DNA of 64,000 bases from an uncultured Oleiphilus sp. (GTDB lineage Bacteria; Pseudomonadota; Gammaproteobacteria; Pseudomonadales; Halomonadaceae). Positions within the stretch are counted from its first letter, which is position 1. Each line of letters opens with the position of its first letter. Position numbers and translations under genes: made by a program. The DNA lies in contig CAYFGP010000003.1 in the NCBI GenBank assembly GCA_964342385.1, positions 69,244 through 133,243 on the forward strand. Direction: 5' to 3'. Shown here piece by piece: positions 47,288 to 56,938 of the stretch. The notes below the pieces were generated by a model, which was not told the origin of the DNA, did not search any database, and saw only the letters and a list, made by a program, of their open reading frames with translations.

Positions 47288-48358
47288 TTGATGATAGGAA
47301 TAACAGGTTTACTGCAGCGTAAGATGCATATCGGTGTTATCACTTTGGCTATGGCTATAACCGCGTGCGGTGATGCCATTGTTGATCAGAAAGGGAATGC
47401 TAACAGTCAAGCTATCCCTGCTACATTGACTTCAGTTCCTGTGCCTGTAGAGCATAGTCATGCTGCGATCCAGCTACAAGCCAGTAATCGCTTACAATAC
47501 GGTGGTTTTTCAGCGCTCTGGTTATCTAAGGATTGCTCTCAAATGATTAGTTTTTCTGACTACAGTCAGGTCAGCTTTTTTAGCTTGGATGGCCAGGTCA
47601 AGCGCTCTGGTTGGATTCAGGCAAACCTCTCTTTTGATGCCAATGATAAGCTAACAGGGTTTAATCTTGTCGATCAGGGGCAGTTAAAAGATGCGGACGG
47701 TGATCTCTTGTCTGGTGCAGCGGAGTCTCTGGCTTGGGATGGCAGTGGCTTTTTAGTCTCCTTTGATGATAAAGGTGATCTCTATCGCTACGCTGGTGTT
47801 CAGCCACAAGGTGCTTTGTTTAATCAACTTCCTGAAATATCAATCAAGCAAGAGCGTTTGGGTAAAGACAACGCGGGCTTGGAAAGCATCACAGAGCTTC
47901 CTGACGGAAGAGTGTTAGCTCTTTGGGAGAAGAACGATAAACAAAAGCCCGTTACTCATGGGCAATTAATTCAACCAGATGGCCAATCCCTGCAGTTCAG
48001 TTACTCCTCTGACGCCAATCCAGGTGCTGCTACCACCTTGCCAGATGGCTCATTTGTAATAGCAGAGCGAAAGTACAAGGGCCCTGAGCAGGGTGTTCAA
48101 TTAAGATTAACGCGTTTTCTGCCCAGTGATATTCAGACAGATAGGCTGTTAACTCCACAGGTTCTGCTTGATCATACCTCAATTTCTTACGACAACTTTG
48201 AAGGTATCGCTAACTGTCAACGTAATGGCAAGCAGTGGTTGTTTGTGCTGTCGGATGATAATGGTGATTGGCCAGAATCCTGGGTAGAAGGTAAAGGCCG
48301 CCAGCGACAAAAGACCCTGCTAGTGCAGTTTGATTTAACCCAATTAATGGCTCAATAA
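47288..48358 (+). CDS. Esterase-like activity of phytase family protein (beta-propeller), predicted lipoprotein
   Basis: Lipobox ITAC; YGGFSAL, AAESLA, NAGLESIT, DNFEGIA and LFVLSDDN motifs. Confidence 0.78.
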   Translation: MMIGITGLLQRKMHIGVITLAMAITACGDAIVDQKGNANSQAIPATLTSVPVPVEHSHAAIQLQASNRLQYGGFSALWLSKDCSQMISFSDYSQVSFFSLDGQVKRSGWIQANLSFDANDKLTGFNLVDQGQLKDADGDLLSGAAESLAWDGSGFLVSFDDKGDLYRYAGVQPQGALFNQLPEISIKQERLGKDNAGLESITELPDGRVLALWEKNDKQKPVTHGQLIQPDGQSLQFSYSSDANPGAATTLPDGSFVIAERKYKGPEQGVQLRLTRFLPSDIQTDRLLTPQVLLDHTSISYDNFEGIANCQRNGKQWLFVLSDDNGDWPESWVEGKGRQRQKTLLVQFDLTQLMAQ

Positions 48359-48370
48359 GTTGTCACTCCT

Positions 48371-48808
48371 ATGCTAACGAATGACTCTATTCATACCGGA
48401 CAGTGCCTATGTGGGCAGGTCCGTTACCAGGTCCAGGGAAAGCCAATCATTGTTGCTCATTGCCACTGTGTGGATTGCCAGCGCTTGTCCGGCTCAGGCC
48501 ATTCTACTGGAGCTATGTTTCCGGTTTTGAGTTTTCAAATGGAAGGTCAAGTCGGTGAATTCCGATACCAGTCGGATAATGGCAATACTGTGACGCGGGT
48601 GTTCTGTCCATCTTGTGGCAGCCCAATCTTAGGTAAAAATACAGCAGCAGAAGGCTTTGTTACCATTTCACTGGGAACATTGGACAACTCCGATGATTTT
48701 CAGCCAGAAGTTGTTGTCTTTGCTCGTAACCGAAAGCCTTGGGACTATATGGATAACTCAATTTGTACATTTGAGGCACAACCGCGATGGAGCCCGGAGG
48801 ATGATTAG
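48371..48808 (+). CDS. GFA / CENP-V family Zn-binding protein
   Basis: GQCLCGQVRY, CHCVDCQR, RVFCPSCGSP. Confidence 0.9.
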   Translation: MLTNDSIHTGQCLCGQVRYQVQGKPIIVAHCHCVDCQRLSGSGHSTGAMFPVLSFQMEGQVGEFRYQSDNGNTVTRVFCPSCGSPILGKNTAAEGFVTISLGTLDNSDDFQPEVVVFARNRKPWDYMDNSICTFEAQPRWSPEDD

Positions 48809-48862
48809 CAATAATGCTATTGGGGTGTTATGCGACAGGGATTTAGAAGAAAGGAAAAGATA

Positions 48863-49162
48863 ATGATGTTAAATGCAGATGATTTGGGTGTTGATCTGGT
48901 TGGTGTAAAGGTTGCTAATACAAATGATCTCCAAACGACTCATAGCCCTGAAGCCAGGCTGGTTACCCGAGGTGTTGATGTATCAGTGCGCTATAAAGGC
49001 GTTGATATTCGCATCGAAAAGATTGAACATGATGATAATGGGCTTTTAGTCGGTTTGGTTTCCAGCTTTTCTAATGTCTGCTCGACTCAATATGAAGGCA
49101 TCGGCTTAGGGCAGAAAATCACCTTTCGCTATCATCACGTACAGCAGTCGTTTGAGAACTAG
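48863..49162 (+). CDS. Hypothetical protein
   Basis: ORF continuing the phytase-like/GFA run; AAGGA SD before the ATG at 48863; no motif recognised. Confidence 0.55.
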   Translation: MMLNADDLGVDLVGVKVANTNDLQTTHSPEARLVTRGVDVSVRYKGVDIRIEKIEHDDNGLLVGLVSSFSNVCSTQYEGIGLGQKITFRYHHVQQSFEN

Positions 49163-49337
49163 TCTAAGATTGAACCGCTGTTGTAGTGGGATATAGTTTT
49201 ACTTTGTAGTGCTCTTTATACTCTTACACAAAAGTGTTGCGGTATTTTTTAGCCAACGGCTGAAGAATCCATTTGCTAAAGAGAAACTTTTGTGGGGTAC
49301 TGAGAGACCAGCTTTAAAGGCATCAATGGCTTGTCTC

Positions 49338-50511
49338 CTATGGGCCATTGGTCTGTATGATTAGACATAGTCATTGAAATATCTGTCCTGTCCCGAATAA
49401 TATCCTTTGCACTCAGGATAATACGATGAATGTCCTAACTCTATCCAATTGCCTTCTGAAGATTGCCGTAAGCTGTAATCTCGGATCAGAAAAGCATCTC
49501 TGCCTCAAAGGGATGTTATCTGGGGCTGAATCATTCTTATGCTAAGTGACGGTCTGACGTTAGCCTACATTGTTCGAAAAATAAGTTCTAGTCGCTCTGT
49601 AGTTAACAAATGGCATAGAAGGTATGAATCAACTGGTGCCATGGAATTAAGAGACGCCTCTCGAAGCGGTCAGCCAACAAAAATGACTCCAAAGATTCGC
49701 CAAAAAATCTTGCATATGACTGTTCTCATGATTCCCTAGGAAGCATCCTATTGGAGTGTTAGGTTGATAGTGAAATATGAAGGGATTACCCACTGGCAAG
49801 TTGCTTGGATCTGGAAAGAAGCCGATCTAAAAACATATCCTTCTCACATCTAAGATGAGCAGTGATCCTTTTCTTACTGAAAAAGTAGTCGATATTATCG
49901 TGATTTATGTGTAATGCAGTAGTCTTGGCTGTTGATGAAAATATACAAATACTTGATCGAGCTCATCCTATATTACTGCTGAAACCTGGAATGGCGTAGT
50001 GTTGTGCTCACGACTATAGACGTCATGGAATGGTTAACCTGTATGCATACTTCGATATATTAGTTGGAAAAGTCTGAAGCCGTATTACTCAATGTTACAG
50101 AGCGAAAAAGCTCCTGAGCTTTATAAAGCAAATAGATCAGTCAGTACCACAAGGCCTGGATCTTCATTTGATTTTAGATGACAGCAGTACGCATAAAACA
50201 CCAAAAATGCAAGAATGGTAAGAAGAGCATCCTTGCTTTGTTATTCGCTTCACTCTTACGAGTGCCTTATGACTAAATGCAATTGAAGGTCGGTTTGCTC
50301 AGCTGGAAAGGCGATCACTTCATCGAGGAAGTTTTAATAGCACGGAAGAATTCAGGAAAGAGATTAAGCGCTTCATCAAGGCTCATAATTAGGAGAATAG
50401 CAAATTTTTTATCTGGAAAAAGTCAGCAGAGGCGACTTTAGGACCTATAGCGTAGGCTAAACTGAGCTTGTTAAAATAAAAGGTTCTCAAATTAACCATA
50501 TGGTCCACTAG
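49338..50511 (+). mobile_element. Decayed IS630-family element (transposase pseudogene)
   Basis: Interrupted frames give an HTH (VVNKWHRRY...LRDASRSGQP), then VDE, HDYRRHG, LHLILDDSSTHKTP and LNAIEGRFAQLERR with several stops/frameshifts. Degenerate terminal repeats CTATGGGCCATTGG and CCATATGGTCCACTAG. Confidence 0.85.
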
Positions 50512-50952
50512 AGGTCGATTTAATCGGCATATAATAAGAATCTTTTAGGGGGTACATGGCAAGCTTAGCTTGGTATACGATGTTTTATTAGTGCATCTTA
50601 AGAATGTTGTTTTATTATGCGACCTTATTTGTCTTGTTTTTTTATTTATATCTCACTGATTTTTTTAATGTTTTGGTGTCGTGATTGCTGTTGGTTTTTA
50701 GTTGATAAGACATGTTGTTTCATTTCTGTTATCTTGCGATCTATAAAATATTCTTAACGATATTCTGTCGTCATAAAAAATCCATTTATCACTTGTATTG
50801 AATTGTGGTAGAAGTGTTAGGTAAATGTTGAACGGTTTTATATTTTATCGTTTTGCATTATTTCGTCCGTTCTGTAGGTTTTTATGTTAGTAAAAGCTAA
50901 TTATTTTCCAGAATGCATTAATGGATATGAATATCACGAGTAGGAAGTCAGG

Positions 50953-53091
50953 ATGAATAAAGATGTGATAGTTATTGGTGCCGGTTTTACTGGGCTCACG
51001 GCGGCCAAAAAATTGGAAAAAGAGGGAAAAGATTTTTTAGTTCTTGAAGCAGAAAATAGACTAGGAGGAAGAAATTTTAGCTTTAGTCCTAAAAATATAG
51101 AAATGCCAGGGCTAGAATATGAACACGGCTCTCAATACATAGGACACTCTCAAGAGCCGCTGTGGTCGACTGTGACTGGTGATGATTTTTATAACTGGAT
51201 GGTTGAGAATTACCCGGAATATACAAAATCATTTGTACCTGATGTAGCCAATTCAAGTTCTGATTGCGACGGTAGCTTACCGCCTTACATTGTTGATAAC
51301 TACACTGATAGACTACCCTACGATGAGCAAGTGCTTATCCTGACTGACACCAGAACAAAAGAACCGACTCGATTCCCATTTAATAAAAATGATACCCCGT
51401 ACGGTATCACGGGTTTACCCAGTGGTATTGGTCTGCCTAGTATCTTGGCAATTGGCCTTGTTTCCTTAGATATTATATTTATTGAAAGCTGTATTAATGT
51501 TGTTGAGCCATGGGAGTCTGAGTTTAAAGGTCTTTATACTGCAGAAGACCTTGATTCAATCAGCTTTGAGGAATGGTTGAATGAAAGCCCGCGCAGCAAA
51601 TATATGACACCAACGGCTCTTGATGCTATTCGTATTGCTGTTCAAGCACTGCTTTCGGTTGAGCCTTCAGAAATATCTGCTTTGTATTTTTTCTGGTATT
51701 GCGCCTGTAATGAAGGCTTCTTCAATGAAGTTAATGATTCTATCAATGGCCCTCAGCAGTATTGGTTACGCTGTGGGTTTGGCAAAGTACTTGAGTTTTG
51801 TAGTGAAAGCTTCAAGGAGCAAATTCAGTTTGAGCAAACAGTGAAATCTGTTTCTGTAGATGAAAGCTCAGAGTATCCTATTTGCTTAAAGGTTAATGAA
51901 CATGACGCTTATTATGCCAAACAACTTATTGTTGCAGTGTCACCTCATACCGCTAATAAAATAGAATGGCCGAGTGATTTGCCCGAGTACTATCAAGCGC
52001 TAATGAAGCAAGGTATGGGGCGTACTCTCAAAGCTCAAGTGTTTTATGATAAAAGCTGGTGGAATAATATTGATAATACAGGGTGGCAAGGTTATTCGGG
52101 TGGTACCTCTTATCCTGTGTTATGGACCATGGACAACTCAGCCTATGATGGTAATGGAACATATCACTCGTGTCTGATGACATTCACGATTGGCGACCAG
52201 ATTAACGAACTTGAAAAAGCTTTGGCAACCGCTGAGTCAGATCCTCAGGAAGGGCTTAAGTCATTCTTGACGAAACATATTAGTTATTTGTTTACAGGTC
52301 GTTATGATTACGGACCAGCCTTAAAACCTGTCGCTATTGAATCAAGCCTTTGGGTTAAAAAAACTAATATAGATGGCTATCAAGTAGGGACTTTTATCGG
52401 TGGTGGACCTAATACTGTCTTTGCGCCAAACTTTATTACTTCAATGTATGATGGCAAACCAGCCCTATCCTATATAAATCAGCCATGGAAAAATTTAATC
52501 TATTTTTCTGCCGCTGAGCTTGCACGCAATCTTAATCCGAAAACGCCGGAGGTTTGTGAAATTAAACAAGATGAATCTGGGTCTCTACTTCCCACAGAGC
52601 AGTTCTCAGATAATCGTTGTAACTTAGGTTACATGAATGGCGCTATCTATAGTGGTCAATATGTTGCTCAGCAAGTGATCGAGGGTGTTGATTTTAAAGA
52701 ACCCGTTTCCCCTGAATCTTCAGCTGAGAAAGGACATTGGCAACCGATCACCCTGCTATCTTATGCACTCAGAAGGGCGTTAGATTCTTTCTTTAGCTCT
52801 GGGCAGACCTTTTCAGACATTACTCAGAACCAACAAGAAAAACTGCTAAGTAGCTTGTTAGGAGACTTGGATAAAGATTCAACAGATCAAGGAAGTATGG
52901 GGCATATGCTTAGAAATAGAGCTATGGAGCTCTATATGAATAAGGATATTAATAAAATTGATTTCCTGGCTAATTTAGCTAAAGAGCAACTTGACAGCTT
53001 TGATGTTGTCCATGCTCAGCTTAAACAGGAAGGTGTCTCAGAAGAGATGATTGACTTCCTGGCAAGGTTGTATGGCCAGAGTGCATCTTAA
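50953..53091 (+). CDS. Flavin-dependent amine oxidase (MAO family) with ~130-aa C-terminal extension
   Basis: Dinucleotide-binding VIGAGFTGLTAA...VLEAENRLGGR; EHGSQYIG; GRTLKAQVFYDKSWW (conserved Lys); GYMNGAIYSG. Confidence 0.85.
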   Translation: MNKDVIVIGAGFTGLTAAKKLEKEGKDFLVLEAENRLGGRNFSFSPKNIEMPGLEYEHGSQYIGHSQEPLWSTVTGDDFYNWMVENYPEYTKSFVPDVANSSSDCDGSLPPYIVDNYTDRLPYDEQVLILTDTRTKEPTRFPFNKNDTPYGITGLPSGIGLPSILAIGLVSLDIIFIESCINVVEPWESEFKGLYTAEDLDSISFEEWLNESPRSKYMTPTALDAIRIAVQALLSVEPSEISALYFFWYCACNEGFFNEVNDSINGPQQYWLRCGFGKVLEFCSESFKEQIQFEQTVKSVSVDESSEYPICLKVNEHDAYYAKQLIVAVSPHTANKIEWPSDLPEYYQALMKQGMGRTLKAQVFYDKSWWNNIDNTGWQGYSGGTSYPVLWTMDNSAYDGNGTYHSCLMTFTIGDQINELEKALATAESDPQEGLKSFLTKHISYLFTGRYDYGPALKPVAIESSLWVKKTNIDGYQVGTFIGGGPNTVFAPNFITSMYDGKPALSYINQPWKNLIYFSAAELARNLNPKTPEVCEIKQDESGSLLPTEQFSDNRCNLGYMNGAIYSGQYVAQQVIEGVDFKEPVSPESSAEKGHWQPITLLSYALRRALDSFFSSGQTFSDITQNQQEKLLSSLLGDLDKDSTDQGSMGHMLRNRAMELYMNKDINKIDFLANLAKEQLDSFDVVHAQLKQEGVSEEMIDFLARLYGQSAS

Positions 53092-56000
53092 ATGGCTACG
53101 ACATCTGAATCTACTGCTGATTCAAAGATCCTCCCTTTCCAGATTGGCAACTTTCTGGTTAAGGGAGTGTTGGGGCGTGGAGGCATGGGGATCGTTTATG
53201 AAGCTTGGGACGAGCTAAACGAACGGTCCGTTGCTCTTAAGGCTATTCAGCTTAATATTCCCTCTGCGCTTTACCGATTGAAGCTGGAATACCGCCAGGT
53301 CTCCTCAATTGTTCATCCTAATCTGGTTGGTTTATACGATCTAACATATCTGGATGGGCATTGTTATATCGTGATGGAGTACATCGAAGGCAAGGCACTT
53401 GGTCATGTTATTGCTAACACCTATGGACTAGATAATAGATTAGAAGCACTTACTTCTACAAAAATTCTTGCAGATAGCCCTTATGTTGATCAGTCCGAAG
53501 TACACTGGCCTCCTAATAAACCATTCGGATCGGATATCAACGTACTGGATATTGCAAGGCAGTTAGCCCAGGGAATATTTGCGTTGCATGTGGGTGGTGT
53601 ACTGCATTTAGATATAAAACCATCAAATATGATATTAAAAGATGATGGTCAAATTAAGCTGCTTGATTTTGGCGTTGCTCAACTGATCAATGTTAAACAT
53701 AGAAAACTGCATTATGAGAGGGCCGCTACTTTACAGTATGTTTCTCCCGAATACTTAGATGGTGAAGTCCCAACTGCTGCCAGTGACTGGTACAGTTTTG
53801 GTGTTGTTGTGTTTGAGCTAATAACAGGCAAACAATATACAAGAAGGCTGTTTCACAGAAACCCACATGAGCAAGCTATTTTTGATGAGGTTACTCTTAC
53901 ATTACTGAATGACTATTTGCCATCAAAAATAACTCTATTGTTAGAACGGTTACTGAATGAAGATCCATTGAAACGTCCACCAGATAGAGAGATTCTTGAA
54001 GTATTTAACATTCATGAGCCGCTTTGGCATATAGGGGAAGAGAAAGACGAAAAAAAGGTATTTATTGGCAGGCAAGATGAATTAGAGCAATTAAGTAATG
54101 CATTTGATTGTCATAGAGAAGGAAAGTCTAATATTGTCAATGTCGTCGGGGCCCCAGGCGTTGGCAAAAGTGAGTTGATTAATCACTTCTTAGATGCTTA
54201 TAAGGATTCGCTTATACTGGTAGGACGCTGTTATGAGCGAGAGACAGTCCCTTTCAAAGCTTTAGATATGGTCATTGATGATTTTTCTGAGTACCTGAAA
54301 AGCTTACCAGCGACAATTCGCGATAGTTATGTTGTTGATGGATTTGAGTATTTAGCAATACTATTTCCTGTTCTCAAATATCTTGTGCCAGATAAGACTT
54401 TGAATCTTAATATTGATGCAGCTCATTGTCGGATTCTGGCAATGAAGGCATTAGCATCCAGTCTGACTTTAATTGTTAATGATCAACCCGTTATTATTTT
54501 TATTGATGATATTCAATGGGGAGATGAAGATAGTGCCAACTTATTGATCAACCTAATGGAGTTTCAGTCATATAAAAAGCCTTTTATTGTATTGAGTGAA
54601 AGATCGGGAGGAGATTTAAACAGTCGTTTTACTTCTACGCTCAATCAATTCTGGAGCAATAGCAGCTCGGATATGCAATACCAGACTATTGAAGTTGAAT
54701 CTTTTGATGAAAAAGAGGGTATGACGTTGGTTGATGCTCTTTTGGGGAATGCACATGCCATTTCAGAGCAAAGGGCGCAAGAGATAGTTCGAGTCAGTCG
54801 AGGTATTCCATTTATTTTGGAACAGCTTCTTCTTTATTATGATCAAACTGGGGCTATGGAGAATATTAATGCTGTCGGTATTATCAAATCCAGGCTTGAT
54901 GTTCTGTCAAATCAATCCCGAGAAGTCTTATCTTTATTAGCTATTGCTGGTCAGCCCGTTAAGGTTAGTGCAATTCTAGAAGCTGCTGGAGTTTCCAATA
55001 TAGATGATTTTTCTTTCACTTGTCTTAGAGCCCAACGATTTCTGATTGTTCAGCATGACGAGTCGGTACAATACTTTCACGACCAAATTCGTGAATCTGT
55101 ATTGATTCTTGAGTCAGAGAATAGGGTGGAAGAGAAGGCGAGAAAGCTCGCACTTGTATTGGAGAAATATTCTGATTCTGATAATTCATTGTTAGGTCGA
55201 CTCTTCTATCAAGGCGGAGAAGATCAGAAAGCTATTTCGTTTATGCTAAGAGCGGCAGACGATGCTGAAAGCAGTTTGGCATTTAGCCGTGCAGCTGATT
55301 TATATCAGAATGTTATTAATTGGTTACCTGATTCAGAGTTTGATGAGAGCCGAAGAGTTAAAGAACGAAAAGCTATCGCATGGTCTAAAGCAGGCTATGG
55401 AAAAAAAGCAGCTCAGTTATTCAGTGACTTAATGCGAACAGGTGGCGTAAGTGACGAAGAAAGAGCTCGGCTAGGCGCTTTGGCAGCAGAACAATTCATG
55501 TACGGGGGGCATATTGAGGAAGGTGAAAAAATATTTCGTCCTTTATTAAAAAAGTGGAGATTGCCTTACCCTTCCTCAATCAAGCTGGCGACCATTAGTA
55601 TTATATACAGCGCCTTGTTATTAGAACTCAAAAGGAGAAGGCTTTCTTCTCGCGCGTTCAGCCGCTCTCAGAAAGTACACCCTAAAATCGAACTGGCTTT
55701 TTCTGTAGCACAAGCCATGGGGAACTGGGATCCTATTAGAAGCCTCCATTTTTCTTTAATCGGCCTGAGGTTAGCAATATCTGCGAATGATTTACCCTAT
55801 ATTGTTCAAGGATTGAATATATACGCTTTAGTACGCTCATACGGTGGCAAGCAAAAAGACAAAGAAGTGAGTGATTCGATTTTTAAACAAGCCTCTAGTC
55901 TAGCTAAGCAATTAGATGATCCTGCTAATACCAACTATGGCCTGTTACTTAAAGGGATTGCTCATACTGCACGTAGCGAATTGAGGCAAGGTATCCAAAT

Positions 56001-56871
56001 GATCATGGAAGCCGAATCCCAGTTCTCACAACGGCTGGTAGATACAAAAAATAATAGTGTTATTGCTCGGACAACTGCACTTAATATCTATTGGCAAATG
56101 GGTGAGTTAAATCAGATTGGTTCCCTAGCACCAGGATGGATTCAAGATGCTAAAGCCCGAGGGGATAAATTCTCTCTTGTTGAGTTAAATATGTTTCTTG
56201 GAATTTACGATGCTGCGAGAGGAGACTATATCAAAGGGCGTAAAACGATTGTGTCTGCAATTGAGTCTTGGCCATTGCAAGATTTTACTTTTCAGCACTG
56301 GGTCGCATCTAAAGCAATTACGCAAATTGATTTATTGTCTGGTCGGGAAGCTGAAGCTTGGCCGCGGTTACAACAAGAGATTAAGTTGGCTAAAAAAGCT
56401 GGTTTATTTGATTCTGTTTTTGTGCGCATCGACTTTATGTTCTTAAAGGGAAGGGTTGCATTGGCTTGTGCTGAGTCCGGCAGTAAATTAAGACCCTCGA
56501 TGATAAAGGTTGCACAGAGAGAGTCTGATAGGCTCAGGAAGGAAAATAATCATGCAGCAAAAGGGCTGGGCTTTTGTCTTCTGGCTGCAGTCGCAAGGCT
56601 AAGGAATCAGCCAGAACAGGAAATCCTGGCCCTTAAAGAGTCATGTATCTATTTTGAACTGGCTCAGATGGAATTGTATTTATTAGCGATGAATAATTGT
56701 TTGGCAAAAATTAATCGTGAACAAAGCACTCTTAAAAAAATAAAAGATCGTTTTATTGATCTAGGTGTTAAAGATCCTGAACGATACCAAATAATTTACT
56801 ACCCATATATGGCTTATTATGATGAAAAGAATATTTTTGAGTTCAATGATCGGGATTGCCTGATGGAATAA
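53092..56871 (+). CDS. Hanks-type Ser/Thr kinase fused to a STAND (SWACOS/AAA_16-type) NTPase and a helical repeat C-terminus
   Basis: Kinase: LGRGGMGIVY, VALK, HLDIKPSN, DFG, YVSPE, SDWYSFGV. NTPase: FIGRQDEL, GAPGVGKS, IFIDDIQWGD. Long TPR-like helical tail. Confidence 0.9.
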   Translation: MATTSESTADSKILPFQIGNFLVKGVLGRGGMGIVYEAWDELNERSVALKAIQLNIPSALYRLKLEYRQVSSIVHPNLVGLYDLTYLDGHCYIVMEYIEGKALGHVIANTYGLDNRLEALTSTKILADSPYVDQSEVHWPPNKPFGSDINVLDIARQLAQGIFALHVGGVLHLDIKPSNMILKDDGQIKLLDFGVAQLINVKHRKLHYERAATLQYVSPEYLDGEVPTAASDWYSFGVVVFELITGKQYTRRLFHRNPHEQAIFDEVTLTLLNDYLPSKITLLLERLLNEDPLKRPPDREILEVFNIHEPLWHIGEEKDEKKVFIGRQDELEQLSNAFDCHREGKSNIVNVVGAPGVGKSELINHFLDAYKDSLILVGRCYERETVPFKALDMVIDDFSEYLKSLPATIRDSYVVDGFEYLAILFPVLKYLVPDKTLNLNIDAAHCRILAMKALASSLTLIVNDQPVIIFIDDIQWGDEDSANLLINLMEFQSYKKPFIVLSERSGGDLNSRFTSTLNQFWSNSSSDMQYQTIEVESFDEKEGMTLVDALLGNAHAISEQRAQEIVRVSRGIPFILEQLLLYYDQTGAMENINAVGIIKSRLDVLSNQSREVLSLLAIAGQPVKVSAILEAAGVSNIDDFSFTCLRAQRFLIVQHDESVQYFHDQIRESVLILESENRVEEKARKLALVLEKYSDSDNSLLGRLFYQGGEDQKAISFMLRAADDAESSLAFSRAADLYQNVINWLPDSEFDESRRVKERKAIAWSKAGYGKKAAQLFSDLMRTGGVSDEERARLGALAAEQFMYGGHIEEGEKIFRPLLKKWRLPYPSSIKLATISIIYSALLLELKRRRLSSRAFSRSQKVHPKIELAFSVAQAMGNWDPIRSLHFSLIGLRLAISANDLPYIVQGLNIYALVRSYGGKQKDKEVSDSIFKQASSLAKQLDDPANTNYGLLLKGIAHTARSELRQGIQMIMEAESQFSQRLVDTKNNSVIARTTALNIYWQMGELNQIGSLAPGWIQDAKARGDKFSLVELNMFLGIYDAARGDYIKGRKTIVSAIESWPLQDFTFQHWVASKAITQIDLLSGREAEAWPRLQQEIKLAKKAGLFDSVFVRIDFMFLKGRVALACAESGSKLRPSMIKVAQRESDRLRKENNHAAKGLGFCLLAAVARLRNQPEQEILALKESCIYFELAQMELYLLAMNNCLAKINREQSTLKKIKDRFIDLGVKDPERYQIIYYPYMAYYDEKNIFEFNDRDCLME

Positions 56872-56890
56872 TCATGTAGTTAGTTTTGAG

Positions 56891-56929
56891 ATCTGTATTT
56901 ACGATAAACATCGTAAATACAGATTTTTG
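56891..56929. terminator. Terminator between the convergent kinase and PAP2 genes
   Basis: ATCTGTATTTACGAT-aaac-ATCGTAAATACAGAT, a perfect 15-bp stem followed by TTTTT. Confidence 0.7.
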
Positions 56930-56938
56930 CTAAAAAGG

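Noticed and set aside
43750-49162. An intact prophage around the CI-like gene
   Set aside because: No integrase, replication, packaging, structural or lysis genes; the neighbours are ordinary cellular genes. Only a remnant switch is supported.
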